From an uncultured Methylobacillus sp. (lineage in GTDB: Bacteria; Pseudomonadota; Gammaproteobacteria; Burkholderiales; Methylophilaceae): a stretch of DNA of 64,000 bases. Shown here piece by piece: positions 42,768 to 55,348 of the stretch. Location: contig CAYVOQ010000002.1 of the NCBI GenBank assembly GCA_964453595.1, positions 8,727 to 72,726 on the forward strand. The letters run 5' to 3'. The notes beneath the pieces were generated by a model. The model worked only from the letters and a program-made list of their open reading frames with translations, searched no databases and had not been told where the DNA came from. A program made the translations under genes and the position numbers. Position 1 is the stretch's first letter, and each line of letters starts with the position of its first letter.

Positions 42768-45062
42768 TTGTTTTTTAATAAAAAAAAATCTAGCCAAACT
42801 AATACCCTTTTAGGAGAGGCTTTACTAGAGAAAAAATTAATTGATCGAATCCTTAGGGAGGTATTATGGATAACGCTTTTGTTTGGCGGAATTTATTTAA
42901 CTCTTATTTTATCCTCATTTAACTTGCAAGATCCTTCTTGGTCACATGCAACCTTCACACAAGATAAAGTTTATAACCTAGGTGGTATTTTTGGGGCATA
43001 TATATCTGATGTTCTAATTTATTTTTTTGGCTTATCAGCTTGGTGGTTTGTTTTTTTAATGTTTTATTCGATTATTCTTATTTACAGAAGAATTGAAGAT
43101 GAAAAAAATGGAAAAAAGGTTTTATGGATTAATTATCTTGGATTTTTCTTATTTTTAATTAGTTCATCCGCAATAGAAGCTGGTCATATCATTGATCTTA
43201 GTGCACAGTTTTCTTCTTCTCAAGGTGGCTTAGTTGGCTCAGCTTTCAATAATATTTTGAGAATAAGTATTGGGTACATTGGAAGTTTATTGTTTTTAAT
43301 TGCTTTATTTGCCTCGGGTTTAAGCCTTTTTACCGGAGTATCTTGGCTTCTGATTTCAGAGAAAATAGGCGACTCTTTAATTACATTTTGTATACATGCA
43401 AAAAATATCTTTACAGATTATCTTGATAAAAGAGCGGGTAAGAAATTTGAACAACAAAGAATTAATTATGTTGAGAATGAAAGAAAAAAACTTGAAGATC
43501 GCAAACCATTAGAAATTGTCACACCCAAAAATCTTATCAAAGAAAGCTTGAGAGTAAAAAAAGAAAAACAAACCACTCTTTTTAACGATAGTGAAAGTGA
43601 ACTCCCTGCTATTCATTTACTCGACAAAGCTCTTGTAGATAAAGAGGTTCAGTCATCAGAAACGATCGAATTTATTTCAAGATTGATTGAAAAAAAATTA
43701 ATGGACTTTGGCATAGAGGCAAAAGTTATTTCTGCCCAACCTGGCCCAGTAATTACTCGATATGAAATAGAACCATCTGCTGGTGTTAAAGGTAGTCAGG
43801 TAAGTAATTTATCGAAAGATTTGGCCCGCTCTTTATCAGTTTCAAGTGTTCGAGTTGTTGAAACAATACCGGGTAAAACTTATATGGGAATAGAAATTCC
43901 CAATTCTAAGCGACAAATTGTTTATTTTACAGAAATTGTAAGTTCTAAAACATTTGCTGATAATGCTTCTTTAATGACCATTGCCCTGGGTAAGGATATT
44001 GCAGGTAATCCAGTTGTTGCTGATTTAGCTAAAATGCCTCACCTTCTTGTAGCTGGAACAACTGGTTCTGGAAAATCTGTTGCGATTAATGCTCTTATTC
44101 TAAGCCTTTTATACAAAGCTAAAGCTGATGAAGTTAAGATGATCATGATTGATCCAAAAATGTTAGAGCTTTCCGTATACCAAGATATACCTCATCTTTT
44201 AACTCCTGTTGTCACAGATATGCGAGAGGCAGGACATGCCTTAAATTGGACTGTTAAGGAGATGGATAGAAGGTATAAATTAATGTCTACCTTTGGCGTC
44301 AGAAATATAGCTGGATTTAACGAAAAAATAGAAGAAGCAAAAAAATTAGGTCATCCACTTACGAACCCTTTCTCATTGGAAGAAGAAAAAGAGGAATTAA
44401 GTAAGTTACCGTTTATAGTCGTTGTGATTGACGAATTAGCTGATCTTATGATGGTTGTAGGAAAAAAAGCTGAGGAATTAATTGCGCGAATTGCACAAAA
44501 AGCCAGGGCGGCAGGAATACATCTCGTTTTAGCTACCCAGAGACCATCTGTAGATGTTATTACAGGATTAATTAAGGCTAATGTGCCAGTTAGAATTGCA
44601 TTCCAAGTCTCAAGTCGAGTTGACTCTAGAACGATACTTGATCAAATGGGCGCTGAAAGCTTACTTGGGCAAGGTGATATGCTCTATCTTCCTGCTGGAT
44701 CAGGTTATCCAAATAGAGTGCATGGTGCATTTGTATCTGATCAAGAAGTTCATGAGGTTGTAAACTTTTTAAAATCTCAGGGAAAACCCAACTATATTGA
44801 AGAGATTGTAAATGCATCTGAAGTAACAGAATTTACTTCATCTTATGATGGAGCTCCTGATGGAGAAAAAGACCCATTGTATGATCAGGCTGTTCAGATA
44901 GTGTTAGATTCCAAAAAAGCTTCAATCTCTTATGTACAAAGAAATCTAAGGATCGGCTACAACCGTGCTGCTCGAATTATTGAGGATATGGAAAAAGCAG
45001 GTCTAGTATCACCAATGCAAAGCAATGGTAACAGAGAAATTATACAGCCAAAATCAGAATGA
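42768..45062 (+). CDS. ftsK: DNA translocase FtsK
   Basis: 764 aa with N-terminal TM segments, Walker [10 protein letters not shown] and Walker [13 protein letters not shown]. The C-terminal gamma domain is [30 protein letters not shown] start. Confidence 0.93.
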   Translation: MFFNKKKSSQTNTLLGEALLEKKLIDRILREVLWITLLFGGIYLTLILSSFNLQDPSWSHATFTQDKVYNLGGIFGAYISDVLIYFFGLSAWWFVFLMFYSIILIYRRIEDEKNGKKVLWINYLGFFLFLISSSAIEAGHIIDLSAQFSSSQGGLVGSAFNNILRISIGYIGSLLFLIALFASGLSLFTGVSWLLISEKIGDSLITFCIHAKNIFTDYLDKRAGKKFEQQRINYVENERKKLEDRKPLEIVTPKNLIKESLRVKKEKQTTLFNDSESELPAIHLLDKALVDKEVQSSETIEFISRLIEKKLMDFGIEAKVISAQPGPVITRYEIEPSAGVKGSQVSNLSKDLARSLSVSSVRVVETIPGKTYMGIEIPNSKRQIVYFTEIVSSKTFADNASLMTIALGKDIAGNPVVADLAKMPHLLVAGTTGSGKSVAINALILSLLYKAKADEVKMIMIDPKMLELSVYQDIPHLLTPVVTDMREAGHALNWTVKEMDRRYKLMSTFGVRNIAGFNEKIEEAKKLGHPLTNPFSLEEEKEELSKLPFIVVVIDELADLMMVVGKKAEELIARIAQKARAAGIHLVLATQRPSVDVITGLIKANVPVRIAFQVSSRVDSRTILDQMGAESLLGQGDMLYLPAGSGYPNRVHGAFVSDQEVHEVVNFLKSQGKPNYIEEIVNASEVTEFTSSYDGAPDGEKDPLYDQAVQIVLDSKKASISYVQRNLRIGYNRAARIIEDMEKAGLVSPMQSNGNREIIQPKSE

Positions 45063-45661
45063 AAAATCTCTTATTCTTATTTGTTTTTATCTGCTGCAAT
45101 ATATTTGCCGGAAATATTGAAGATTTAAATTTAAAGCTTCAAAAATTTAATTCATTTGAAGCTGAGTTTACTCAGTCTGTATACGATGAAGAAAAAGATT
45201 TAATTCAAGAGGGTGTTGGCAAATTAAACTTTAAAAAACCAAATTTATTTAAATGGATTTATTTTTCGCCACATAAAAATCAAATAATAAGCGATGGAGA
45301 GCTCGTTTATATTTATGATCCAGACCTATCTCAAGTAATTATTAGCAATTTAAAAAAAATTGATACAGTAACTCCAGCGACAATATTTGCTCAAGATAAT
45401 TTAAAAGACTTTTATAACGTACAATTAATAAAGATAAATAATCAAAGTTGGTATCGTTGTAAAGCAAAAAATATTGAAAATAATTTTCAGCAAATAGATA
45501 TCACGTTTGACAAAAAAGATATTATTAGTGAAATGCAAATTGTTGATGGTATGAAAAACCTCATTAATATCAAATATAGGAATGTAATCTTAAATAGATC
45601 AATTGATGATGCTTATTTCTTATTTAATATCCCTGAACATACCGATATTATTAACAATTAA
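45059..45661 (+). CDS. lolA: outer-membrane lipoprotein carrier LolA
   Basis: 200 aa with a signal peptide and FEAEFTQ near the N-terminus. ftsK-lolA-rarA-serS synteny, as in E. coli. Confidence 0.8.
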   Translation: MKNLLFLFVFICCNIFAGNIEDLNLKLQKFNSFEAEFTQSVYDEEKDLIQEGVGKLNFKKPNLFKWIYFSPHKNQIISDGELVYIYDPDLSQVIISNLKKIDTVTPATIFAQDNLKDFYNVQLIKINNQSWYRCKAKNIENNFQQIDITFDKKDIISEMQIVDGMKNLINIKYRNVILNRSIDDAYFLFNIPEHTDIINN

Positions 45662-46948
45662 ATGACAGAAAATAAAATACCTTTAGCTGAAAGCCTAAGG
45701 CCAAAAAAAATTGAAGATATCGTCGGGCAAGATCATCTTTTAGCTGATGGATCTCCAATAAATAATGCTTTAAAAAATAATAAATTACCATCAATGATTC
45801 TTTGGGGTCCTCCTGGCGTTGGAAAGACAACTATTGCTTCTGTCATAGCTTCTTCTGCTGATTATGAATTTATAGCAGTCTCAGCAGTTCTTTCTGGAGT
45901 GAAAGAAATACGAGAAGCGATCGAAAAAGCAAAATTTTTTTTACAACAGCAGAACAAGAGAACAATTTTATTTGTTGATGAAGTCCACCGCTTTAACAAA
46001 AGTCAGCAAGATGCATTTCTACCTCATGTAGAAAGTGGTTTAATTACTTTTATTGGAGCAACCACTGAAAATCCATCGTTTGAAGTAAATTCTGCTTTGT
46101 TAAGCAGATGTCAGGTATACACACTCAAGTCCCTCTCTTCAGAAGGTTTAGGTGATATTTTTGATAAAGCCTGCTCTTTTTTATCTGGGTTAAATGTTGA
46201 TGATGAAGCAAAAAAATTACTACTTACTTATGCCAATGGTGATGCAAGAAAGTTACTTAATATACTAGAAATTGTTTCTCAAACTAATTCCAATGGCAAG
46301 GAAAGAGTTTCGACTCAAAGTCTTAAAAAAATTATTTCTACAATGTACCGAAGGTTTGACAAGGGAGGAGAGCAATTTTATGATCAAATCTCCGCATTGC
46401 ATAAATCAGTAAGAGGATCTGATGCCAATGCATCACTATATTGGCTTCACAGAATGTTAGATGGTGGTGCAGATCCACTATATCTAGCAAGAAGAATAAT
46501 ACGCATAGCCATAGAGGACATTGGTTTAGCAGACCCGAAAGCTCAAACTATAGCATTAGAAGCTTACCAAATTTATGAAAGACTTGGTTCGCCAGAAGGT
46601 GAGTTAGCGCTTTCAAATGCGGTAATTTATCTCGCTATTGCTCCTAAAAGCAATGCAGCATATAAAGCTTTTAATCATGTAAAATCATATGTTGCATCGG
46701 ATCAAAACTTTGACGTACCTATTCATTTAAGAAATGCACCTACATCATTAATGAAGGATTTAGGTTATTCGAAAGAGTATCGTTATGCTCATGATGAACC
46801 AAATGCCTATGCAGCTGGAGAAAAATATTTTCCAGACGAAATGGATGACGTAGTTTTTTACAGTCCTACAAACAGAGGATTGGAAAAGAAAATAACAGAA
46901 AAACTTGATTACTTGGACAATTTAGATAAAAAGCAAAAAAATGATTGA
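45662..46948 (+). CDS. rarA: replication-associated recombination protein A (MgsA)
   Basis: 428 aa with [21 protein letters not shown] and [15 protein letters not shown]. Confidence 0.93.
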   Translation: MTENKIPLAESLRPKKIEDIVGQDHLLADGSPINNALKNNKLPSMILWGPPGVGKTTIASVIASSADYEFIAVSAVLSGVKEIREAIEKAKFFLQQQNKRTILFVDEVHRFNKSQQDAFLPHVESGLITFIGATTENPSFEVNSALLSRCQVYTLKSLSSEGLGDIFDKACSFLSGLNVDDEAKKLLLTYANGDARKLLNILEIVSQTNSNGKERVSTQSLKKIISTMYRRFDKGGEQFYDQISALHKSVRGSDANASLYWLHRMLDGGADPLYLARRIIRIAIEDIGLADPKAQTIALEAYQIYERLGSPEGELALSNAVIYLAIAPKSNAAYKAFNHVKSYVASDQNFDVPIHLRNAPTSLMKDLGYSKEYRYAHDEPNAYAAGEKYFPDEMDDVVFYSPTNRGLEKKITEKLDYLDNLDKKQKND

Positions 46949-48218
46949 TTTGAATTTAATTAAGAATGATATTGATCTCGTTGTGAGGAAATTAAAATCG
47001 AGAGGGTTTGATTTTGATGTTAATTTATTTGAAACATTAGAAAACAAAAGAAAATCTATTCAGGTTGACACTCAAGAGCTTCAGCAAAAAAGAAATGAAA
47101 TTTCAAAACAAATAGGCACATTAAAATCTAAAGGCGAAGATGCTTCAGACTTGCTCGAAAAAGTAGCAAAGATTTCTGAAGATTCAAAAAAATTTGAATC
47201 ACAATTAAATCAAATTCAAGATGAGATATCTAATTATTTATTAACAATACCTAATATCCCGCATGACTCAACACCTCTGGGTATAAGCGAAACAGAGAAT
47301 GTTGTCGTGCGTAGTTTTGGGGATGTCCCAAATTTTGATTTTAATATAAAAGATCATGTTGATTTAGCTACTTTTGGATTAGATTTTGATCTTGGAGCCA
47401 AATTGTCTGGATCAAGATTTGTGTTAATGAAAGGTGAGATTGCTCAACTTCATCGCGCAATAGGACAATTTATGCTTGATGTTCAAACTGCCGAACATGG
47501 TTATCAAGAGTTCTACACTCCATATTTGGTAAATGATCAATCTTTGTTAGGAACAGGACAGTTACCAAAATTTGAACAAGATCTATTTAAGACAAAAAAG
47601 AATGATGATGAAAATTTGTATTTAATTCCAACATCAGAGGTTCCATTAACAAACATAGTGAGAGATGAGATCATTCCTCACAGTTCTTTACCTTTAAAAT
47701 TTACAGCATATACACCTTGTTTTAGGTCTGAAGCAGGATCTTATGGAAAAGATACAAGAGGGATGATTCGTCAACATCAGTTTGATAAAGTAGAGATGGT
47801 ACAAATAGTAGAACCAGGTAAAAGTTATGCTGCATTAGAAGAGATGGTTTTGCATGCTGAAAATATACTAAAAAAATTAGAATTACCATATCAGGTAGTT
47901 TCTTTATGCTCTGGTGACATGGGTTTTGGAGCCGCTAAAACATATGATTTAGAGGTTTGGATTCCCTCACAAGGCAAATATAGGGAAATTTCTTCTGTAT
48001 CAAATTGTGAGGACTTCCAAGCTAGAAGGTTGAAAGCTCGTTATAAAAATGCTGATGGCAAAAATATTTTACTACATACTTTAAACGGATCAGGGCTGGC
48101 TGTTGGAAGAACATTAGTTGCTATTTTAGAAAATTACCAACAAAAAGACGGCTCTGTTAAAGTGCCAAAAGTTCTTCAGGGTTACCTTGGTGGCAAAGAG
48201 CTTTTAACTCAAATCTAA
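46941..48218 (+). CDS. serS: seryl-tRNA synthetase
   Basis: 425 aa with an N-terminal coiled-coil arm, class-II motif 2 [21 protein letters not shown] and motif 3 [18 protein letters not shown]. Confidence 0.96.
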   Translation: MIDLNLIKNDIDLVVRKLKSRGFDFDVNLFETLENKRKSIQVDTQELQQKRNEISKQIGTLKSKGEDASDLLEKVAKISEDSKKFESQLNQIQDEISNYLLTIPNIPHDSTPLGISETENVVVRSFGDVPNFDFNIKDHVDLATFGLDFDLGAKLSGSRFVLMKGEIAQLHRAIGQFMLDVQTAEHGYQEFYTPYLVNDQSLLGTGQLPKFEQDLFKTKKNDDENLYLIPTSEVPLTNIVRDEIIPHSSLPLKFTAYTPCFRSEAGSYGKDTRGMIRQHQFDKVEMVQIVEPGKSYAALEEMVLHAENILKKLELPYQVVSLCSGDMGFGAAKTYDLEVWIPSQGKYREISSVSNCEDFQARRLKARYKNADGKNILLHTLNGSGLAVGRTLVAILENYQQKDGSVKVPKVLQGYLGGKELLTQI

Positions 48219-48878
48219 GGAATTTATTTTTCCATTTTCTGAAATAATTGCTTTAGTACATAAATTATAAAATATTCCACATTCTATTACGCCAGCGGTT
48301 GATAAGATTTTGTTTTGTATATCCTTTATGTCATTGTATGCAAAACTATAATCCATAATATAATTTCCTGCTGATGAAATCGCAAATGCATCTCCTTTAG
48401 CATTCAATCTTAAATTACCTTCTCCAAATTTATCAAGATTTTTTTTTGCCAACTTCCAATAATCCTTATAAACTTCAATAGGAATTTTGAAGTTATCTCC
48501 TATCCTCTTAACAAGTTTACTTGCGTCTGAAATTACAATAAATTTTTTAGCAGAAAAAGCTAACAACTTTTCTTTAACTAAGTCGTATCCTCTTCCTTTT
48601 AAAATACTTAAGCTTTCAGTAATCTCATCAGCTCCGTCAACATACAAATCTAAAGAGTCAATAATATCCATGGAGGTTAGTTGAAGTTTTTTCATGCTAG
48701 CTTCTATTTCTGAAATAGTTGAGCTAGCTACGACTTTTATATTCAATTTTTCATGAAAAACTTTTTCACCAAGATGTTTAATAAAATAATTTGCTGTTGA
48801 GCCTGTCCCTAATCCAATAATTTGATTATTTTCAACATATTTCAGAGCTTCAATAGCTGCTATTTCTTTATCTTCCAT
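48204..48878 (-). CDS. rpiA: ribose-5-phosphate isomerase A
   Basis: 224 aa with [14 protein letters not shown] and KGRG motifs. Confidence 0.88.
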   Translation of the reverse strand: MEDKEIAAIEALKYVENNQIIGLGTGSTANYFIKHLGEKVFHEKLNIKVVASSTISEIEASMKKLQLTSMDIIDSLDLYVDGADEITESLSILKGRGYDLVKEKLLAFSAKKFIVISDASKLVKRIGDNFKIPIEVYKDYWKLAKKNLDKFGEGNLRLNAKGDAFAISSAGNYIMDYSFAYNDIKDIQNKILSTAGVIECGIFYNLCTKAIISENGKINSLDLS

Positions 48879-48924
48879 TAAAAGGTCCTATAAAAGTTTA
48901 TAATAGTGAGTTAATTAATATTAT

Positions 48925-51900
48925 ATGAGTTTAAATAAAGTTAGAAGAGATAATCGCGAGTTCAATATATCGTTAGATGCCTTTTTGGTAGGGGATTTTG
49001 TCGTCAAAAATTCTCAACAATCAGTTATTATTTTTACCCAAAATGTTTACGATGCAAATCAATTAAAGATAGAAATTAATTGGTTTAATCCATCACTTAG
49101 TGTTTATATAATGCCGGACTGGGAAACTTTACCCTATGATCAGATTTCTCCTCACCCGGATCTTATCTCTGAGCGCTTGAGAGCACTTTTGCAAATTGCT
49201 CAAAATGACTATGACGTGGTAATTATTCCAGTAATAACAGCAATTCATTATCTTCCTCCCTTTAAGTATTTAGATAGCCACTGTTTTAATTTTAATAAAA
49301 ATCAAAAAATTGATATTGAAAAACTTAAAGAACGATTGATAAATGCTGGTTACAATATTGTTGATAAAGTTTTTACTCCTGGCGAAATAGCAATCAGGGG
49401 AAGTATTGTTGATTTTTTTCCTATGGGCTCAGAATTGCCTTATAGAATAGATTTTTTTGACAATGAAATTGATTCAATAAGGACATTTGATATTGATACA
49501 CAAAGGTCAATATATTCTTGCGATCATGTTGAAATACTTCCCGCTAGAGAATGTCCATTAGACCGAGATGGCATTGAAAATTTTAGAAATAACTTTAGAG
49601 AAAAATTTTCAGGTGACCCTTCTAAATCTGATTTATATCAAAAAATTTCAAAAGCAACTCCATTCAATGGAATGGAATGGTACCTACCACTTTTTTTTAA
49701 AAATGTAAGTACAATTTTTGATTATCTTCCTTTAGAAACTATTTGCTTTGTTCCAAAACCATTAAATCAAAGCTTAATTCAGTATTGGGATGATGCATAT
49801 AAAAGATTTAAGCTTTTTGCTTACGACGTGAACAGACCAATTTTGGATCCAAGTCAAATATTAATGTCCATCGACGACTTTAATAATCAGTTAAATAATA
49901 GAAAATTATTAAAATTAGAAAAAGATAAATTAACTTTTCTTCCAGATTTAAAATTTGGTAAAGATAAGCTTTTAAATAAAAATAAAATTGAGAATTTATT
50001 AAAAAATAGGCAAGCGAAGCTAGTTTTTGTTGCGGAGTCATTAAGTAGAAAAGAAATTTTATCTAAAAACCTTATTGAACTTGGTTTTAATGTTCGTTCA
50101 CATGAGTCTCTTGACTCGACTGAAAATGATGCTATTAACATAATTTCAGGACCTATAAAGAATGGCTTTGTCACTAAAGGTTTAATAGTTGTTACAGAGC
50201 ATGAGCTATATCCTGAATTCGTTCATCAAAAGAAAAGAACCTATAAAGATAAAAATTTTAACAATGAGGTAATCTTAAAAGATCTTTCAGAAATTGACAT
50301 TGATGATCCGGTTGTTCATGAAAATTACGGTGTTGGACGTTTCAAAGGGCTTGTAAATTTATCAAATAATGACGAAGACGATGAGTTCTTATTAATTACT
50401 TATGACAATGATGATAAGTTGTATGTTCCAATAACCCAGCTTTATTCAATTTCTAGATATACTGGGGGCTCTGCTGACACGGCCCCACTCCATAAGCTTG
50501 GCAGCAACCAGTGGGATAAGGAGAAGAAAAAAGCATTAAAACAGGCATATGATACTGCTGCTGAACTTCTAAACATTTATGCTACTCGCTCTAAGGAAAA
50601 AGGATTAGTATCTAAGATAAATCTAAATGAATATAATGATTTCGTTGCTGAGTTTCCGTTTGAGGAAACTGCAGACCAGTTAAATGCAATTGAAGCTGTA
50701 TTGAAGGACATGGAGTCATCAAAACCTATGGATCGTCTGGTATGCGGAGATGTTGGTTTTGGAAAAACTGAAGTTGCAATGCGAGCTGCATTTGTATCAG
50801 TAATGAATAATAGACAAGTAGTAGTTTTAGTTCCTACTACTTTACTAGCTAAGCAACACTACAATAATTTTGTTGATCGTTTTAAATCACTTCCCGTAAA
50901 TATTGCAGAAGTATCAAGATTTAAAAGCGCTAAAGAACAAAAAAACTCAATTGCCTCTCTAGCTTCAGGAGAGGTTGATATCGTGATTGGTACGCATAGA
51001 TTGCTGCAAGCTGATGTTAAATTTAATAATATTGGATTAGTCGTTGTAGATGAAGAGCATCGTTTTGGGGTTAGGCAAAAAGAACTGCTTAAAAAATTTA
51101 AGGCTAATGCAGATGTTCTTACATTAACTGCAACTCCAATTCCAAGAACATTATCAATGTCATTGGAGGGTATGAGAGATTTTTCAATAATTGCCACAGC
51201 CCCATTGAAAAGATTGTCAATTAAAACATTAGTTACAGCTTTTTCTGAAGGAGTGATTAGAGAAGCCCTGCTAAGAGAGTTCAATAGAGGAGGCCAGGTA
51301 TATTTTTTACATAATGAGGTGAATACTATCTATAGCATGCAAGAGAAGTTAAGCGTTCTTTTTCCTGAGTCCAAGATTGCTGTAGCTCATGGTCAAATGA
51401 GAGAAAGAGAGCTTGAAAGTGTTATGCATGACTTCTATCAACAAAGATTTAATTTGTTACTATGCACAACAATTATAGAAACTGGCATTGATATTCCGTC
51501 AGCAAATACAATCATAATTAATAATGCTGATCGATTTGGACTTTCTCAATTACACCAGTTAAGAGGTCGTGTAGGCAGGTCGCATCATCAAGCATTTGCA
51601 TATTTACTCATTGACGAAGATAAGAACTTAACTCCAAATGCAAAAAAAAGATTAGAAGCTATCCAATTGTTAGAAGACTTAGGTTCTGGATATTTCTTGG
51701 CCATGCATGATCTTGAAATTAGAGGGGCAGGAGAGATCCTCGGAGACAAACAAAGCGGTGATATACATGAGGTTGGTTTTACAATGTATATTGAGATGCT
51801 CAACAAGGCTGTAAAGCAGTTAAAAAATAATGAAATTATAAATCTCGAAGAAGCAAAAAATGAGAATTGTGAAATAAATCTAAATGAGTCAATCATTTTA

Positions 51901-52296
51901 CCAAACACATATTGTCCTGACCCTAACGAAAGATTAGTATTATATAAAAGACTCTCGAGTTGTGAATCATTTGAGCAGTTAGACGAGATAAAAGATGAGC
52001 TGATAGATAGGTTTGGATTATTGCCGATGCAATCTCAAAACTTAATACATGCTCATCAAATCAGAATCTTAGCAAAAAAATTTAAAGTTAATAGAATAAA
52101 CACAACAGGCTCTTCTATAGAGGTAGGGTTCATGAATACTGCAAATATTGATCCTATCAATTTAATTGACCTTGTCCAGAACAATAAAAATATTAAACTT
52201 AATGGCCCTGATAAAATAAATATTCAAGGAAAATTCGAAAATGCAGATTCAAAACTGGAGTGTTTTAAATCTACAATGGAGTTATTATTTAAATGA
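48925..52296 (+). CDS. mfd: transcription-repair coupling factor
   Basis: 1123 aa with a UvrB-homology N-terminus (PDWETLPYDQISPHPDLISERL) and CarD-like RID (HENYGVGRF). Helicase motifs are GDVGFGKTEVA, VDEEHRFGV, LTLTATPIPRT and QLHQLRGRVGRS. Confidence 0.93.
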   Translation: MSLNKVRRDNREFNISLDAFLVGDFVVKNSQQSVIIFTQNVYDANQLKIEINWFNPSLSVYIMPDWETLPYDQISPHPDLISERLRALLQIAQNDYDVVIIPVITAIHYLPPFKYLDSHCFNFNKNQKIDIEKLKERLINAGYNIVDKVFTPGEIAIRGSIVDFFPMGSELPYRIDFFDNEIDSIRTFDIDTQRSIYSCDHVEILPARECPLDRDGIENFRNNFREKFSGDPSKSDLYQKISKATPFNGMEWYLPLFFKNVSTIFDYLPLETICFVPKPLNQSLIQYWDDAYKRFKLFAYDVNRPILDPSQILMSIDDFNNQLNNRKLLKLEKDKLTFLPDLKFGKDKLLNKNKIENLLKNRQAKLVFVAESLSRKEILSKNLIELGFNVRSHESLDSTENDAINIISGPIKNGFVTKGLIVVTEHELYPEFVHQKKRTYKDKNFNNEVILKDLSEIDIDDPVVHENYGVGRFKGLVNLSNNDEDDEFLLITYDNDDKLYVPITQLYSISRYTGGSADTAPLHKLGSNQWDKEKKKALKQAYDTAAELLNIYATRSKEKGLVSKINLNEYNDFVAEFPFEETADQLNAIEAVLKDMESSKPMDRLVCGDVGFGKTEVAMRAAFVSVMNNRQVVVLVPTTLLAKQHYNNFVDRFKSLPVNIAEVSRFKSAKEQKNSIASLASGEVDIVIGTHRLLQADVKFNNIGLVVVDEEHRFGVRQKELLKKFKANADVLTLTATPIPRTLSMSLEGMRDFSIIATAPLKRLSIKTLVTAFSEGVIREALLREFNRGGQVYFLHNEVNTIYSMQEKLSVLFPESKIAVAHGQMRERELESVMHDFYQQRFNLLLCTTIIETGIDIPSANTIIINNADRFGLSQLHQLRGRVGRSHHQAFAYLLIDEDKNLTPNAKKRLEAIQLLEDLGSGYFLAMHDLEIRGAGEILGDKQSGDIHEVGFTMYIEMLNKAVKQLKNNEIINLEEAKNENCEINLNESIILPNTYCPDPNERLVLYKRLSSCESFEQLDEIKDELIDRFGLLPMQSQNLIHAHQIRILAKKFKVNRINTTGSSIEVGFMNTANIDPINLIDLVQNNKNIKLNGPDKINIQGKFENADSKLECFKSTMELLFK

Positions 52297-55200
52297 TGGA
52301 AATCAGGGATCCTTGTTTTAAGAAATAGATAGCTAAGTTTATTTTTTTATCATCAAAAAATGTTGAATAATGTTTTAATTGCTCTCTATGTTTTAATGCT
52401 TCCTTATTCATATCTTTATCCTCAAAAACATACTTATAGTCGATAATCCAACGCGTGTTATCTTTAATAAACGTTCTATCAATTCTTATTGTTTTAATTT
52501 CATCTGAAATTAAAGATGAAATACTCAGTTCAGACTCGTCAGAAATAAATTTTTGAGTGATAAAGTTAGCATCTTTTTTTGTATATATATTTTTTGTAAT
52601 TATTTCTAATTCATTTTCTATAAATTTTTTATCAATATTAGAAATATTATTTATTTTATTAAGGAAGTCAAAAATGAATGAGGATATATTTTGTTTTGAC
52701 AATATATTCTTATGAATTAATTCTGCTATTAAATGGGAAATGTTACCAATCAATGTAAATTTATTATCATTATTACTTTCTTCAAGGAAAACCGAATCCT
52801 GACTTATATTTTTATCTGCTTTTATTTTGATATACTTTTCTATATCTAATATTCTAAAGTTTTTATTTGATGCTGATGTTTGAATTTTTTTTGGAGTTAT
52901 ATTTATTTGTTCTGCATTTTTAAAGTCAAACCAAATTAATGAAAGTAGGGTATTTTTTATTGGCTGTTTACTTCTATCAAGTGAGGAAATAAGATCAATT
53001 CTTGATATTGCTCTTGTACAAGCAACATAAAGTAATCTTTGTAATTCTTTTTCATCTCGAATTTTTTCTTTTAGTTTGTGATATTCATAAAGGCTCGGAG
53101 CAACTTCAGTATTACTTGTATTTATTGAGTAATAGCTTCTACCCTCATCACATTTGTAATCAAACAAAATTACTTTTGTTTCATTGTTTTTTGGCTTTTT
53201 ATTTAAACCGGGAATTATTACATGGTCAAATTCCAAACCTTTTGATTTATGAATAGTTAAAAATTCAACACGCTTATCTAGTTTAGAAATATCAGAAGTG
53301 CGTTTATTTTTTATGTAAGCTATTAGTTTATTAGGTTCATTTATTAAAGATTCATTTTCATCCACGATATTAATAAATTGATTTATTAATATATAATCTG
53401 ATTCATTTAGCAATGTGCTATCGCCACTTAAATTTTCCCAAGTAGACTTTAACAAATCCCCCCATTTTGTTTTATTGGTAAGATCAAGAGATTCTGTAAT
53501 AATTTTTAAAAAAAATTCAATTCTCTTTTTTGTTGCCTCAGTTAGTTTTTTATTTTGATAGTTTTTTAAAAGTACATAAATATATTCATCATGATTTTCT
53601 TCAAATAATATGGAAAGCTCCTCTAGAGTTAATCCGCATAAAGGAGATCGCAGCAAACCAATCCAGGAAATTCTATTTGAAAAGTCATTGAGAGCTAGAG
53701 TTAAATTTAGAATATCTTGTATACATTGGTGGTCATATAGAGATTCAATTTCTATTGCAGTAAGTTGTATCTGCTTTTGATAATTTTTTTTTAAATAAGA
53801 GATTATTGGTCTTAAATGACTTCTGGATCTTGCTATTATAGCTATTCGGTTATATTTGCTATTAATAATTTCTTGAGCTATCAACTCAGCTTCACAATCA
53901 TCATAATTATCATTATTAATGAAGTTAAAATAATTTATTTCACCATTTGATTTACTCTCAGAATTAGTTTCACTTTTCGAAAACTTTATGGCACCAAGAT
54001 CTAAATCATTTTCTTTTGAAAAAATTGAAGAAAATACTTTATTAAACCAGGTAATTAATTGCGGTTCAGATCGATTATTTACCTTTAATTTAAGGTGTTC
54101 TAATTTAGTTTGAGCTATACCATTTGTAATTGCTTGTAAGAATAGTGAAACTTCAGCTTTTCTAAATTTATATATTGATTGCATCGGATCGCCAACACAA
54201 AAAAAAGTCTGTCCTTGTCCCCAGCTTTTAGTGAGCAACTCAAATAGTCGAAGTTGAATATGATTTATATCTTGAAATTCATCAACTAAGATATGATCAA
54301 ATTGTGTAGAGATTTTATGGTTAAGATTTGTGTCACCATATTCATCAAATAGAGAATAGATTGCATTCTGGTTTATTTCTACAAAATCAATTTCATTATT
54401 TTTTGAAAAAACAATCTTTAGTTCTGCAATAAGTAATTTTAGAATTTGATTAATACTTTTCAATAAATCATCGTTTTGGGTTGATTTTATTTTAAAGAAA
54501 TACTCGATATATGCAATTTCATCATATATAGGAATTCTTTCTTTTTTGATTAAATCAAACAGTAAATCTTGTTTTGCTTTATCCAAAAAGGTGAGAGTTA
54601 TTTTTTTTCTTATATCCCCATTTTTTGTGTAAATATTTTGTATTATTTCTATCCATATATTTTTGTCTTTAATAACAAAATTTTTTGTAAAGTTGAAATA
54701 TTTATTAAGTCTTGCTAATAATTCTTCCTCTTCTGATTGAATGTATTTTTGAAAAGATCTGTCTTCATTGTAAGTCTCAAAAATATCATAAATCCATGTA
54801 TCTCTTGTTTTTAGTAAAGATAAGAAATAGCTTTCAAGTTCGCTTGTTGTTACTGAGAGTATTTGTGATATGTCGGATAAGATATTTATATATTCTGTAT
54901 TTGTAAAGATTTCATTTATTGCTTCATTTAATAGATGATCTATATTCTCAGTGATAGTTGCATTTGAAGCATATTTGCTCATTAGAGGTTTTTGTTGGCA
55001 AATTTTATTTGCCAATGCATCAATTGTCATAATATTTAGATTGGATACTAACTTATCAATTGAATTATCAGTTATGTTGATTTCTTTTTTTATTATTTCT
55101 ATTATTTTTTTTGTTATCTCTGACTTTGGGTCTTGCTCACCTCTGATATAGCTTACAATCCTATGTTTCATTTCTGAAGCAGCTTTATTTGTAAAGGTAA

Positions 55201-55348
55201 CTGCTAATATATTATTAGGACTTACAGATTTTGAGATTAGATATAAAAATCTTTGCGTTAACAGCTCTGTTTTTCCAGATCCTGCTGGAGCTTCAACGAT
55301 AAATGAACCTGGTCCTAATGCTAATGTTCTTGTTTTGTTATCGTCCAT
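52289..55348 (-). CDS. AddA-like UvrD/Rep-family helicase with C-terminal PD-(D/E)XK (RecB-type) nuclease
   Basis: 1019 aa. SF1 motifs: APAGSGKTE, VTFTNKAASEM, VDEFQD, VGDPMQSIYKFRKA, NNRS, TIHKSKGLEFD, YVACTRA. The C-terminal nuclease motifs are IRIDRTF...WIIDYKY...QLKHY. Confidence 0.7.
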   Translation of the reverse strand: MDDNKTRTLALGPGSFIVEAPAGSGKTELLTQRFLYLISKSVSPNNILAVTFTNKAASEMKHRIVSYIRGEQDPKSEITKKIIEIIKKEINITDNSIDKLVSNLNIMTIDALANKICQQKPLMSKYASNATITENIDHLLNEAINEIFTNTEYINILSDISQILSVTTSELESYFLSLLKTRDTWIYDIFETYNEDRSFQKYIQSEEEELLARLNKYFNFTKNFVIKDKNIWIEIIQNIYTKNGDIRKKITLTFLDKAKQDLLFDLIKKERIPIYDEIAYIEYFFKIKSTQNDDLLKSINQILKLLIAELKIVFSKNNEIDFVEINQNAIYSLFDEYGDTNLNHKISTQFDHILVDEFQDINHIQLRLFELLTKSWGQGQTFFCVGDPMQSIYKFRKAEVSLFLQAITNGIAQTKLEHLKLKVNNRSEPQLITWFNKVFSSIFSKENDLDLGAIKFSKSETNSESKSNGEINYFNFINNDNYDDCEAELIAQEIINSKYNRIAIIARSRSHLRPIISYLKKNYQKQIQLTAIEIESLYDHQCIQDILNLTLALNDFSNRISWIGLLRSPLCGLTLEELSILFEENHDEYIYVLLKNYQNKKLTEATKKRIEFFLKIITESLDLTNKTKWGDLLKSTWENLSGDSTLLNESDYILINQFINIVDENESLINEPNKLIAYIKNKRTSDISKLDKRVEFLTIHKSKGLEFDHVIIPGLNKKPKNNETKVILFDYKCDEGRSYYSINTSNTEVAPSLYEYHKLKEKIRDEKELQRLLYVACTRAISRIDLISSLDRSKQPIKNTLLSLIWFDFKNAEQINITPKKIQTSASNKNFRILDIEKYIKIKADKNISQDSVFLEESNNDNKFTLIGNISHLIAELIHKNILSKQNISSFIFDFLNKINNISNIDKKFIENELEIITKNIYTKKDANFITQKFISDESELSISSLISDEIKTIRIDRTFIKDNTRWIIDYKYVFEDKDMNKEALKHREQLKHYSTFFDDKKINLAIYFLKQGSLISII